A stretch of 63,819 nt of DNA, filler included, from Octopus bimaculoides (GCF_001194135.2; 5 parts of 4 records of this genome joined end to end with filler, not necessarily neighbours in it); one strand, 5' to 3'; shown: positions 13,031 through 26,631, numbered from the whole stretch's first letter. Numbers and translations: made by a program. Notes: generated by a model from the letters alone, not told the origin.

Positions 13031-14111
13031 CTTTTAAATTTGCTTACGGGAAACGTTTTGAATATACAAAGAAAGCTCCTATAGATATANNNNNNNNNNN
13101 NNNNNNNNNNNNNNNNNNNNNNNNNNNNNNNNNNNNNNNNNNNNNNNNNNNNNNNNNNNNNNNNNNNNNNNNNNNNNNNNNNNNNNNNNNNNNNNNNNNN
13201 NNNNNNNNNNNNNNNNNNNNNNNNNNNNNNNNNNNNNNNNNNNNNNNNNNNNNNNNNNNNNNNNNNNNNNNNNNNNNNNNNNNNNNNNNNNNNNNNNNNN
13301 NNNNNNNNNNNNNNNNNNNNNNNNNNNNNNNNNNNNNNNNNNNNNNNNNNNNNNNNNNNNNNNNNNNNNNNNNNTATATATATATATATATATGAATTTG
13401 CGTGTGTGGTGTAAAATATATACAAAAAACACAATATGTGTATATACATAAATATATATATGTGTATATGAATAAATTTCTCGTCTTGTGAGGCCAAACA
13501 TTTTTCAACAACAACAACAACAGTAATATTTTTAATACACACTAAGACACACATACACATACAATGATTACATAAAACCGAGCTAAGTTCTCTCCTTGAA
13601 GGACCTTCCCGCCGATTGCCCTTGGCGAAAAGTACACTGACCTTGTAGTGACAACATCTGAAATGATAGTAGAGCAGCGAGAGTAACTTCGGTTTCGTTA
13701 TAATATATATATCTTTATTATTTCTCTTATTTTAGTATCGTCTGGGATGACGCAGTGACATCGTCACTTCGCGGTGGTAGTGAGAGGAACAGGTGTGAGA
13801 GTGAGAGGGAGACAGAGAGAGAGAGGGGTGATATTAATGGTAATATAGAAAGAGGAAGAGCAAATAGCTATGTTAGTGTGTGTGTGTGTGTGTGTATACA
13901 TATGTGCGTGCCAGATACGCATGTTTGCTTGTACGTGAGTGTATGTTTGGTTGCGCGTGCGTACATGCATTGCGCGTTCACACACACACACACAGACGCA
14001 CGCACACACACACTGTTACAGAAATACACATATATCTATAGTGAAAGAGGTTTGTGCGTGTATATGTCTGTGAATAATTGGAATGAGAAATAGGAAAAAC
14101 GTGTGTGTGTA

Positions 14112-14147
<36 letters not shown>

Positions 14148-14607
14148 TGACAGAGACAGACAGAGTAGTTTAGAGATGAAACCGGATGTTAATATTTGTA
14201 TATGTATTTATATGTAGGTATTTTAATGTGCGTATTTGTGAGTAAGGGTGTGTGTGCGTGCGTGCGGTTGTGAGTATGAATGAATTGTAAGGGATAATAG
14301 ATATGGATATGGAAGGAGCAGATAACAAACTAGAGATAGGAAAAGGGAGATAAGAAAGGAATTGGAGGGAAACTATGAGTGATGGATGAAACGGAAGAAT
14401 ATAACCAAATACCAGCTGTAGAAATAGTGAGCGGAGAGAGAGAGGGGGGGGAGAGAGAGAGAGAGGAAAGGGATGGAGGGAGAGTGGTTCATATAGACAA
14501 TGAAAAAGATAACGAAATATGGAAAGATTAAAGAAAGAAACACGTGTGTATGTATGTATATATGTATATTATATATATCTTTATAATATATATATATATA
14601 TATCATA

Positions 14608-14910
14608 GGCGTAGGAGTGGCTGTGTGGTAAGTAGCTTGCTTACCAACCACATGGTTCCGGGTTCAGTCCCACTGCGTGGCACCTTGGGCAAGTGTCTTC
14701 TACTATAGCCTCGGGCCGACCAAAGCCTTGTGAGTGGATTTGGTAGACGGAAACTGAAAGAAGCCTGTCGTATATATGTGTATATATGTATGTGTGTGTA
14801 TATGTTTGCGTGTCTGTGTTTGTCCCCCCAACATCGCTTGACAACCGATTCTGGTGTGTTTACGTCCCCGTAACTTAGCGGTTCGGCAAAAGAGCGATAG
14901 AATAAGTACT
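14608..14910 (+). mobile_element. SINE family A, well-preserved copy (3' end lost in gap)
   Basis: A box TGGCTGTGTGG, B box GGTTCAGTCCC, GCACCTTGGGCAAGTGTCTT core, internal TA/TG tract. Confidence 0.85.
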
Positions 14911-15041
14911 NNNNNNNNNNNNNNNNNNNNNNNNNNNNNNNNNNNNNNNNNNNNNNNNNNNNNNNNNNNNNNNNNNNNNNNNNNNNNNNNNNNNNNNNNN
15001 NNNNNNNNNNNNNNNNNNNNNNNNNNNNNNNNNNNNNNNNN

Positions 15042-15084
<43 letters not shown>

Positions 15085-15087
15085 CAT

Positions 15088-15181
<94 letters not shown>

Positions 15182-16365
15182 GTATATATATGCAGTGATA
15201 AAATGTAGGAATTTAGGAAATGTGGGCGAACACCTCAATAATCCATGCGAAATTCTGATTAGCTTAATGTATAGGGAGGAAAATCAGAATTCGCCTTCAT
15301 TTAATCCGTAAGGTGTTCTGTACAAACTGTAAAACCGAGGAAATTTATCAATTATGCGTTTGGTGCATACATTGCAGAGTACAATAGTAATCAAATGAAG
15401 GAATGAAAATAAAGGTGTTACATATCTTCTTGAAATGGTTACGATCGTTTCAATAGTTAGTGGAACTATTTCATCAATTTATATGTTGATTTATGCATAT
15501 AAAAAAAACTATGTCCATCCATACAATAATCAATGGGGTTACTATAAATCATGTCTTCGAATCATTTAAAGAAGTAATACGTAAGTATATGTTGAGTCAT
15601 TTTCAGTGAATATAGTGGCAGGGTTCAGAATATCAGAGTAATAAATTAAATAGCAAGATTTCACTCCATCGTGGATATAGTCGAGCAGAAGGATAATGAA
15701 AGTAAGGGATATGATTTTCTTTTGATCTAGTACAAATCAGACTGTATCACCGGCTCTAAGAGGTCAAGGGTTTGTTAGATTAATTAACGTGTATATTGGT
15801 GGAGAGAAAGAAATTTTAAATATAAGACCAGGGACTTCAAAGAGGCGGAAGTTTACTGCTACAGCTTGAAAGGCGTCAGTAAAGGAAGGAATAGTTGAAT
15901 AAAAAAGAAAAAAAGAAGAAGAAATTATCAATATTGAGATCAAACTGGAAAAGAACTAAAAATAACAAGTAAACGGAGTTTTATTGTAGAGGCATAGAAT
16001 AAATTCGTGCACCACCTCAGTACTCAAGCCCAGATAAATAATTGGTAATCTTAAATTAATATTAAACTAACATTACATTAAAATTTAATTAGATACATCA
16101 GTTAAGAAATAAAAGATTGGTTGGTTACATAAGAGGAAAATCGAGTGGAAGATGAGAGAATTGAAATCGTAACAATGCTAGAATTGGTGCTATTTGAATC
16201 AAGTTGGCTAAATGGAGTTTTTGAGTGAAAATTTAAAGAAACTGTTAGTAAATAAGTCGGAGCAACAGATCAATAATTCATTATATTTATTAATTAAATC
16301 AGGCATACAACTGAGAATTTCTCACGCCTCTACCGAGCACATATCACAACTGCCAACTCCTTCAG

Positions 16366-16419
<54 letters not shown>

Positions 16420-16794
16420 NNNNNNNNNNNNNNNNNNNNNNNNNNNNNNNNNNNNNNNNNNNNNNNNNNNNNNNNNNNNNNNNNNNNNNNNNNNNNNNNN
16501 NNNNNNNNNNNNNNNNNNNNNNNNNNNNNNNNNNNNNNNNNNNNNNNNNNNNNNNNNNNNNNNNNNNNNNNNNNNNNNNNNNNNNNNNNNNNNNNNNNNN
16601 NNNNNNNNNNNNNNNNNNNNNNNNNNNNNNNNNNNNNNNNNNNNNNNNNNNNNNNNNNNNNNNNNNNNNNNNNNNNNNNNNNNNNNNNNNNNNNNNNNNN
16701 NNNNNNNNNNNNNNNNNNNNNNNNNNNNNNNNNNNNNNNNNNNNNNNNNNNNNNNNNNNNNNNNNNNNNNNNNNNNNNTATATATATATATATT

Positions 16795-17112
16795 CTTTCT
16801 TTTATTCTTTCATTTGTTTCAGTCATTTGACTGCGGCCATGCTGGAGTACCGCCTTTAGTCGAACAAATCGACCCCGGGACTTATTCTTTGTAAGCCTAG
16901 TACTTATTCTATCGGTCTCTTTCGCTGAACCGCTAAGTTACAAGGACGTAAACACACCAACATCGGTCGTCAAGCTATGGTGAGGGGACAAACATTGGCA
17001 CAAACACACGCGCGCGCGCATGTACACACACACACACACACATATACGACGGGCTTCTTTTAGTTTCAATCTACCAAATCTACTCACAAGGTTTTGGTCG
17101 GCCCGAGGCTAG
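16795..17112 (-). mobile_element. SINE family A copy
   Basis: Tail CAGTCATTTGACTGCGGCCATGCTGG, internal (CA)n, then part of the head. Confidence 0.75.
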
Positions 17113-17180
17113 AAATCAGTTGCCTTCATATTTGATAATAAACATAACAGTAAAATAAAGAATGAGAAAATAAACTCCCA

Positions 17181-18170
17181 TGTTTTCAATATGGCATTAT
17201 TTATAAAGCCAGAGAAGCTTAATACTCCTGCTAACACTCAGTCCTGGATTTGTGCTGCGATGTTGGATATGGATGTACTTCATGGACTCCAAAAGGATTT
17301 GTGCGATTCTGGCATCTCACGGCTGCTTCCTTTTGTACGTGCCAGATATCTTCCATATTCTGTAAAGGAAATCAAAAGAATGATTTTTACACGTTCTATT
17401 AGTGTTGAGATAATACCGAGGTTTTGTAATCCGATACTCGTTCATGTGATAAAAATTCTCAGGACTTTGAGAGACTAGGACTTTAATTTAAGGGACCTCA
17501 TCCCCCCATTTAAAAAAAAAAAGACTCCCTATCCCCGCCCGCCCGCCAAAAAGTCGATATTTGCTGCTATCGTGAATGAATTCTCGGGTTTTACTTTCAC
17601 TTTACCATGCGCTGAAACGACCAACGAAACTTATAAAGCGCTTATCAAAAGTCTTCTCCATTTTTGGAATGCCATCATTGAGTCATTCTGATCGTCGTAT
17701 ATCTTTCATGTTGAAGGATTACAACAATTCTTGGAACAGTAAAGAATAGCTTCTAACAGAACAACTCCTTATAATCCAAAGGGAATGGACAAACAGAATG
17801 ATATAACGGAATAATTCGGAGAACAATATATCACTGACCCTGAAATCGTGGTATTTGAAACCCTCTGAATCGGAACTAATCCTTTTAGATTCACTCCGAT
17901 TAATCCGTTCTCTACTCCCGATTTCAACATTTGGACTCTACACAATGGTTCTTTTTGTCTGTCAGCGTAAATCTTCAAGTGGGCAGTCCATCCATCTATT
18001 CGTTACTGTCTCCTCTGCGTAACAATGTTTTTCTGAAGTGTCACAACCGCCAGTATAAATACGATCCGTTGGTAGAAGTAGATCTCCTGGATAATGAATC
18101 CTCACTTCGCCGTCATCAGATTCTCAGAAAGTAAAGAGCTTACTGTGTCGTTAAGACACCTAGCTGCTTG
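17181..18170 (+). pseudogene. Gypsy/Ty3 LTR-retrotransposon pol remnant (RNase H end + integrase)
   Basis: Across frameshifts: LC.SGISRLLPFVRARYLPYSVKEIK; FERLGL*FKGP; IVNEFSGFTFTLPC; FGMPSLSHSDR; NRTTPYNPKGNGQTE*YNGII; KYDPLVEVDLL; NPHFAVIRFSESKELTVSLRHLA. These are collinear integrase motifs. Confidence 0.85.
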
Positions 18171-18270
18171 TGCTGATTACCTCTCCCTAGTATTGTACTT
18201 AACCCAGCAGTATCCGAGCGCCCTGAGCACGCCTGAACTCGAATCTTCTACATCTATGAATCCTTTCAAT

Positions 18271-18530
18271 CAGTGATTCTCAACCAGGATCCAAATGGCC
18301 CTTAGGGGTTCATACAAGAATTTGCTGTTAATATTTATTAGCAATAAATTTCTTGTATTTGTACAATATACAAAATATTTTAACAATTTTTAAAAATACA
18401 TTTCCTAATAATTATGAAAATACGATAGGATTTAAAAAAAAAATATCGAATGGCTTTAGGGGTCCATCCGAGTAAAATAGGAATAAAAAAGGTCCGTAGA
18501 TAAAAACAAAAAAATGGTTGAGAACCACAG
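18271..18530. mobile_element. hAT (Charlie/Buster-type) MITE, 260 bp
   Basis: TIRs CAGTGATTCTCAACC / GGTTGAGAACCACAG; 8-bp TSD CTTTCAAT / CTTTAAAT (7/8 match). Confidence 0.8.
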
Positions 18531-19888
18531 CTTTAAATGGTTCTCCTGAATTAGATCATCAGAGACGCCAAATGGGTTGATGAACCCTTCCTTTTGGTCC
18601 GTTGCTATTGGGATTGGTGGTGATAGTTGTAGTGGTGGTGGTGGTGGTGGTGGTGGTGCAAGTGGCATTGGTGATACTGATGATGATGATGATGGTGGCA
18701 GTGGTGTTTGTAGTTAAACCCTTGTCAGCTCTTATCCAGCAGATCTATATGACCAAACGCATTCCAGCCACGACAATCCTATCTTTTACTGAGGCACTGC
18801 TTACCAGGAATTATGTTTTCCACAGTGTCTTTCGTTTCTTAAAACGGTTAGGTGTGGTTTCAGAGAGACTTAACTGCTATTTCTTGTAGGTCGAGCGACC
18901 ACGTTGAGGTTCCCCAGTCGGGTCGACGACTTTAATGGAACTGTGCAGCGGAGAAGAGTATAGTGGTGTGTCAGTATAGTAGTGCAGCGGTATGTTCCGT
19001 AGTGGTGTGCATACTGCAGAGGAGTGCACAGTTCTATTACGTAACAGCGTGAAGCTATTTATAGCTCAAGAGTGAAAGTGAAAGTGAAAGTGGTGAAAGA
19101 GGAGGAGAGAGAAACAATAAATGAAGTCACTGCCGACAGAAAATAGATGACGTCAGTAAAACAGAGTAGTAATAGTAGCAGCAGCAATAGCAGTAGTAGT
19201 TGTAGTAGTCGTCGTCGTCATCGTAGTAGTAGTAGTATTAGTAGTAGGTTTTATTGATTAGCCGTGGAGATGCTAGTAGTAGTAGTAGTAGTAGTGGTGG
19301 CGGTGGTGGTGGTTGTAGCGACTGTTGTTGCTATTTAACCCCAGGCCAAGTTTGGTAGCGCTGACTTCCAACTGTGATCGTTCAATCATTTTCGAGCAAC
19401 TGTCCAGGGAAGCCATTTTCTAATAAATCCTTCCCCATTTTTTTACGACGGTGAATTATTGTTTGGAGACGGTGCGGAGAGGGTGGTGGTGGTTACTATT
19501 TATAGCAAGTCGAGAGTCATTGTGGAAGATGACATTGATAGCGACGCTTATGGTGAGGGTGGCGGTGGAGAGTAAAAGTGGTGATGGTGATGGTGGCGAT
19601 CAAGTTAGTAATAGTAGCAGTGTTGATGGCAAAGGTGGCGGTGGTGGGGTTGGTATTGGTTGTAGAGGTGGTAGTAGCAGTGTTGCTGGCAATAGTTGTT
19701 GTGGCGGCAATGGTGGTGGCGGTGATGGTGGTTGTTGTGACGGCGGCGGCGGTGTCGGTGATGGTTGTAGAGGGGATAGTAATGTTGGTAGTAGCAGTGT
19801 TGATATCAACGGTGGCAGTGGTGGTGGTGGCGGTGTCAGTGGTGGTGATGGTGGTGGCGTTTATTTTGTCATTATCAAATCAAGCCAG

Positions 19889-20255
19889 ACGATGAGCTGG
19901 CAGAAGCGTTAGCGCGTCGGACAAACTGCTTAGCGGCATTTCTTCCGGCCTCTTACATTCTCGGTTCGAATTCCTCCGTTGTCGGCTTGTCTTTCATCCT
20001 TTCGATGCCTATGAAATTAGTACCAGTCGAATACTGAGGTCGATGTAATCGACAAGGCCCCTCCCCACAAATTTCAGGCCTTGAGCCTACAGTAGAAAGA
20101 ACAGACAGCTGCGAGCAGGCCTAATCGTTAGCGCGTCGGACAAAATGCTTTGTGGCTTTTCTTCCGTTTCTTACGTTCTGAGTTCAAATTTTGCTAAGGT
20201 CGAGTACCCCCCTCCTCCTCCAAAACTTCAGGCTCGCTGCCTAGTAGTAAGGGTT
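19889..20255 (+). mobile_element. Two tandem SINE family B copies
   Basis: GAGCTGGCAGAA..GTTAGC head, GTTCGAATTCC / GAGTTCAAATT B box, CTTTCATCCTTTCG core. Confidence 0.7.
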
Positions 20256-21186
20256 ATTATTTAACGTAAGAGGTTCAGTTTTCATGCCCAAGTCGATCCC
20301 ACTTCTCAGACTGGACAGATTCAGGATCAAGCTGCTAATACCACACTGTCTGTTGATTGGCTAAAATTACCCAAATTTCCCAACTTTAATTCCAAATAAC
20401 ATTAGATTCTTTAATTTACAAGATAAAGTAATTGGTTGAACGTAATCAAAATTCAGAGTTGCATCGATCCACCAGAATTGAAAGCAATCTGAGCAAAAAT
20501 TAAAAGGGGCTCATTTTGCGAATGAGAAAGACTAGATCCCAGATCTATCCTCGTCCATTGCTGGTTCGAATTACTATATGATAATAACTATAGCAGGAAA
20601 ACGTTGGGGGGAAAACGTTAGCAAGGGGAGAATTCCACATTGTTGAATGTTAGTGCGGAGTCACTGAAGTGNNNNNNNNNNNNNNNNNNNNNNNNNNNNN
20701 NNNNNNNNNNNNNNNNNNNNNNNNNNNNNNNNNNNNNNNNNNNNNNNNNNNNNNNNNNNNNNNNNNNNNNNNNNNNNNNNNNNNNNNNNNNNNNNNNNNN
20801 NNNNNNNNNNNNNNNNNNNNNNNNNNNNNNNNNNNNNNNNNNNNNNNNNNNNNNNNNNNNNNNNNNNNNNNNNNNNNNNNNNNNNNNNNNNNNNNNNNNN
20901 NNNNNNNNNNNNNNNNNNNNNNNNNNNNNNNNNNNNNNNNNNNNNNNNNNNNNNNNNNNNNNNNNNNNNNNNNNNNNNNNNNNNNNNNNNNNNNNNNNNN
21001 NNNNNNNNNNNNNNNNNNNNNNNNNNNNNNNNNNNNNNNNNNNNNNNNNNNNNNNNNNNNNNNNNNNNNNNNNNNNNNNNNNNNNNNNNNNNNNNNNNNN
21101 NNNNNNNNNNNNNNNNNNNNNNNNNNNNNNNNNNNNNNNNNNNNNNNNNNNNNNNNNNNNNNNNNNNNNNNNNNAGCATACATATA

Positions 21187-22484
21187 CAGGGTGCGGTGAA
21201 TAAACTGTCGTCTAAATTACACAAAAATGAAAATAACACTGATATCTCATTTTAACAGATATATTTACCAAAATTGCATAAAAATATCTTGAAATACTAA
21301 GGAGTAAATTTATTCAATAAAATCGCCATTGGCTTCAACCACGGCTTCCAGATGACTTCGGAATCTCCTGCAACTCATCTGGACGGTCTCCTTAGTTAAG
21401 TTGGTGAATGCTGCCATAATCCTTGCCTTCAGTTCATCTTTGGTGTTACGAGGAATTTTGTTGGTTTCTCGTTCAACTGCGCCCCACATAGAATAATCAA
21501 GGGGGTTGCAGTCTGAGGAGTTAGATGGCCAGATGTTAGAGGTGATGTGGTCGCAGAAATTGTCTGACAGCCATGACTGGGTTCTCCTGCTTGTATGGCA
21601 TGGTGCAGAGTCCTGTTGCAAGGCATAAGGCCTTCCAGCAGCCACCCTCTCGACCCAGGGCAGCACTACCTCCTGCAGGCACTTGATGTAGGCCTCCGTG
21701 TTGAGTGGGAGGCTGTGTGGGATGATGAATGGAGGCATAATGTCGTTATCACTAGTGATCACTCTAAACACTATGATGTTGACTGGATATTTGATTTTTG
21801 TCACTTTCGGGACATGTTTTCGGGACATGGCAAGCCAACGGTTCTGTGTGTTCATCATCTGATCCTGGCAGAAATTTTTCTCGTCTGAGAAAAACCTAAG
21901 CATGTTTGGTTGGAGGGGGATGCTTGAGCTTGTTCAAAAGCTTCGTAGTGTGGTCTTCGTTCTTGTCCTTGATGGCTTGGGATAAAAATTGGCCCTTTCT
22001 CATCTTGTATGAGGAATGCCGAATGTTTTCATGCACTAGCTGCTTGATAAGAAACTCAGATACTCCCATGTCCCTGGTGATGGACCTGATTGACTTAGAG
22101 GGATCGTTGTCAATCATGGCCTGGATCTCACCAACAAATTCAGGAGTTTTTTTCTTATCAGAACGATCAGAGTAAATTTTCCGAGCTGCCGTACCTTCGT
22201 AATCACCACTAGACTAATCTGACTCTGTTCGAATCATCTGCACTATCTTCAGATTGACACACAGACACTCTGAAATGTTCGTATTGGAGATTCCGGTACG
22301 TATACCAAGCAGTACAGCACGTCGTTTCCAATTTTCTGGCATAATGATTTGCGTCATGGTGCTGTTTTTCTCACAGACGGTGCCCAACTGAACCTATTAT
22401 ACTGTGTAGACCGCTAAATCGAAAACAAACAATGCACATGCACGAAAGTAAAAATATAAAATGGCGACAATTTACCCTTCGCAC

Positions 22485-22488
<4 letters not shown>
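21187..22488 (-). mobile_element. Tc1/mariner superfamily DD37D (maT-type) DNA transposon, 1302 bp
   Basis: Imperfect 24-bp TIRs CAGGGTGCG(gtgaa/aaggg)TAAA(c/t)TGTCG; TA at the left flank, right end runs into (TG)n. Confidence 0.9.
21310..22357 (-). pseudogene. maT transposase with one in-frame stop and one frameshift
   Basis: MTQIIMPENWKRR... to ANGDFIE*; triad FFSDEK / QQDSAPCH / SDCNPLDY with 37 residues between the second and third Asp; frameshift near 21910. Confidence 0.9.
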
Positions 22489-22541
<53 letters not shown>

Positions 22542-22641
22542 NNNNNNNNNNNNNNNNNNNNNNNNNNNNNNNNNNNNNNNNNNNNTTAATTAATTAANNN
22601 NNNNNNNNNNNNNNNNNNNNNNNNNNNNNNNNNNNNNNNNN
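22542..22641. other. Artificial 100-bp contig spacer (44N-TTAATTAATTAA-44N)
   Basis: Six-frame stop 12-mer at 22586-22597 centred in Ns; the same construct occurs four times. Confidence 0.9.
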
Positions 22642-25600
22642 GTGGTCTTGGGTTGATATGAAACAGGTTGAATTTCTTTGTGTAAGATGGATTAAAATAC
22701 TGCAAGATCTAAAGATAACAGAAATTGACTTGCTGTACATGCAGTAATTAATATTTCATGAAAATATAACATTTAGGTGAGCATGAATGGTTAATGTGTT
22801 TGGCTCATGATCATAACATCATGGGTTCAATTACTGAATTGGACAATGTATTGTCCTTGAGCAAAGCACTTCATTTGCAATTGCTCCAGTGTATTCAGCT
22901 ATGAGTACCAGCCAGCTGCAGGTACAACCTTCTCACCCTTTTGTCACATTCTCATTGTAGCACTGGGTTTAACCTGAGTATTTAAATTACTGTATCAAAT
23001 ATAAGGCTTATTTATTCACGTCGTTTTGAATTAATCATGCATTATGTCGCAGCATCATGATTCCAATGGTGGGATTGTTTATTTTTGTAATGATATTGGA
23101 GGATAAGTGTGAATGGCCAGTTTTAACAGTAAACAGGTAGCAAGTTGGAGTGTCTGCTTGCAATTAAACAAGCATTTAAAACAATCAGTGCAAGTATGGT
23201 GCATGTTAACGAATGATACACATTCAAAGGAGACATTTGGCTGCGTTATTGATTTCTGTCTCCAAAGTTATGCATACGTTTGTAATTTGAAAGTAGAAGT
23301 CTAACCAAAATGTATATTTTGCACAGAACTGCTTGAAAATAAACAGGTATGGCTGTGTGGTTAAGAATCTCACTTTGTAACCATTTGGTTAAGGGTTCAG
23401 TCCCACTGTGTGGCACTTTGGGCAAGTGTTTTCTATTATTACCCCAGACTGACTAGTGGCTTGTGAGTGAACTTTGTAGATGGAGACTGTGTGGAAGCCT
23501 GCTGTATATATATATATATAACAGAGGGGTTGTGTTTGCCCATTGCTTGACAACCAGTGTTGGTTTCTTTATATCCCTGTAAATTTAGCTGTAAGAAGTC
23601 TTGATTTGTTTGACCAAATGGTCACAGTTCAAACAAACAAAGGATAAAAGATTTTTAAAATTCCATCTACATCTCTGATTGTAATGCAAAATGCTTTAGT
23701 ATTCAATACTCAGACAAGATGATTCTTGGCCTCTTTTATATATATTTTATGCTTTTCAATATTAGCAGAATATGATTTTAATGTTGGTTTTAAAATAATT
23801 TTCTCTTGTAGCATATGCATTTTCAACATTACCAGTTGCATCACATTTACATCATGATTTCAGTGTTTAACTCATTGGAGATATTAAATCTGTTCCCAAT
23901 TCTCTCCCTAATCTGTAAAAACTGTCATGGGACTTGTTTCTTTCTCATCAACTCACCTTCTTCACAAATTATTCCAACAGATCTAGAATCTGTTACTTTT
24001 CTCATCCATTATTTTATTCTTTAAAATTCATCAATTTAATTTCTTTGTTTAAAAAGAAATGTTTAATTCTGCAGGAAGTTTCATGAAAGTTTTTGAATGA
24101 ATTAAAACTTGCTTGACATTATTGCTTCCAGATGTGTAGGCATGTGTACATCATATGGTTAAAAAATTTCCCTTGCAGTCCCACTACATGGCATTTAGGC
24201 AAGTATCTTCTACTGTAATCTCCAGGCTGACCAATGTTGTGTGAGTGAATTTGGTAGACAGAAACTGAACAAAGCCTATTGAGTACTAGTTATGTATAAA
24301 AATACAAAATAAAGTGAATCACCAATGATTTCAGTGACAAATTTAGTGTGAAGGTAGGAGTCCGTCAAGGTTTAGCTTCTCCTTGATACCACTTATCTTT
24401 TTTTTACAACCTGGAAGCATTTCAACTTGATATAAATCCTTTCTTTCTTAATACTGTCTTCTCCATTCACATTTCCAATCACTCTTCTATGCCACCAGAT
24501 TATGTCTTCACCACCATATATCTGTCACTTTTCTCATGCACTACACCTCTCTCTCCCAACTTTACACTTTTGCAATTTACTAAGATGAATCTCATCTCTC
24601 TCTTGCTTGCTTACTCTCTCTCTTTCTTTCATCCTTCTGTCTATCATATCATTAATATTTTCTGCACTGGCAATCATCTACTCCCCACCACCAACTGATA
24701 TGTATCATTGATCTCCTCCACCTCCTATTCCCTTTTACTACATTCACCCCTCAACCTTACTCACTCTCTACAGTTGTCACCTACTCTTCCATGTATATTT
24801 ATCATCCTTCAGTACTGGGTTTTCACTCATTATAATCACTCCCTTAATCATTCCCCATCTCTAACCACCACTCACTTTTCTCCCTATACACTCTTGCTAT
24901 CTCTACACACCCATACTACCTGTTCCTCTCTCCTCACCTCATCTCTATTTTTATCTCTTTCTAGCTCTACACCAGTCACTCCCACCCTCTCTTCTATAAT
25001 GTAAGTAGCTGTGTAGCTCCTCTACAGCAAGAAGACTTTTCTGTTCTGGTCTCTTCTCATAATTTAACCTTTCATCTTCTTGCATAAAGCCCCTCGCTTT
25101 CTCCTGCACCCTTACCTAGTCAAAGGTAATTTTAATCTTGCAAGCTGCATAACAACCTCACTAGTGCTGGTACTATGAAAAGATGCCCAGTTCACTGTGT
25201 AAAGTGATTAACATTTGGAAGAGCAACCGGCCATAGAAACTAAGCCAAAGCAGACATTGAAGTATGATGTAGTCCTTGAACCCATTAGATCCTGTCCAAC
25301 TCAGGCCATCCTGAAAGATAAACATCAAAAGATGATGATGTTTGTGTGAATGTTTTCCTTCTGTGCTTCACATGGAAAATTCCTGAGATATGGATGTTAG
25401 TTTTTTTGTTTTTTTTTTCCTTTACTAGTTTCACATCAAGAGCTGCAGCCAAGCTAGGACTCTGCCGTTTGTTGACATTTTTCAGTCAGCAAATTTTTCA
25501 TTAACTCTGCATATTCAAAAATGAATGAAATGGAAACTCTCTTACTTGAAAAACAGCAATGAATTTGCAACAGAAATGACATCCAGCTGTAAAACAATGC

Positions 25601-26056
25601 TTCAATAATATGTATGCATCAAACAAATGCTAGCATAGAAAAAAAAATGGAATATAAAGCATGTGAATGAAGCATTATTCTAAGTTGTTTTTAATAAAAA
25701 AAAATTAGAAAAAGAAATACAAGTGTTACCAATTTTGACAGATAAAATTTATTGATTGGTTTAAAGCCAGCAAACAAAGATGTCCTTAAATGAATGTAAT
25801 GTACAAAATACCCCTAAAAGTTCTAATATGTTTCTTAACCATGCGTCTAAGGAAATAATGTCTGTATGCTTTAGCCTTTTTGTTAGAAATTTCTGTTGAA
25901 ATACACTGCCTTTAGTTCAATTAATTTTGAAAGTAATGAACAATTTAAATGATTTCGTTATTAAGCTGGTCTCTGGGACATTAATAGGAAATTTTGATGG
26001 GAGGCTTTAACATTATTTACATTTGACGGATATTTGTCCTCATCTTGTTTGTTGTT

Positions 26057-26102
26057 AACACAACGTTTCGGCTGATATACCCTCCAGCCTTCGTCAGGTG
26101 TC
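26057..26102 (-). ncRNA. Minimal hammerhead ribozyme in Penelope 3' pseudo-LTR
   Basis: GACAC-CUGACGA-A-GGCUG..CAGCC-GAAA-CG-UU-GUGUU; differs from the 9253 copy only at the variable N7 position. Confidence 0.75.
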
Positions 26103-26289
26103 TTGGGGAAATTTTGAACCTGGGTTCTTATTCCTAACGATGTTACTATTATTATATTATTATTATTATTATTACTATTATTAATCAGGTCGCTGCCGTG
26201 AATTGAACTCAGAATCTTGGGGTTAGTAGCCCGCGCTATTAACCACTATGCCATATGCCTGTGGGCAATTATGGAGTGAATTTTAGGGC

Positions 26290-26631
26290 TTATAAATCTA
26301 TTATTTTTCTATCCTTCCTCAATACCGGTTCCCATATGCTATTCATATCTGCACTTGGTCTGCTTAGGAGGTTGTTGTGTCCTAGCATATGTGCTGCTTC
26401 TTTTAGTTTTCGTATTTTCCAGTGTTCCCTGTCTATTATTTTAACTTCATCCCACAGGGGGAGGTGGTCTCCATTTTGCCATACATGATCCGCTATACCC
26501 GATTTATCAATATCTCCTCGTGTCACAGCTTTGCAATGTTCTTCTACCCTTATTTTGAGGGGGCGGCATGTTTCGCTTTTGTATAATCTTCCACAGCTGC
26601 ATGGGATGGAGTACACACAGTTTTTGGTCAT
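26290..26631 (-). pseudogene. GIY-YIG endonuclease domain of a Penelope-like element (C-terminal fragment)
   Basis: CVYSIPCSCGRLYKSETCRPLKIRVEEH...SGIADHVW...KLKEAAHM matches the PLE pattern VY.IPC.CG..YIGET.R.L..R..EH; YIG has degenerated to YKS. Confidence 0.85.

Noticed and set aside
13570-13715. Imperfect IR with TTGAAGG...GGCGAAA resembling a hammerhead
   Set aside because: Core and stems too degenerate to support.
14608-14680. tRNA-like sequences with A/B boxes (also ~6720-6786, 47350 and others)
   Set aside because: They continue into SINE core and tail and lack a proper cloverleaf; SINE heads, not tRNA genes.
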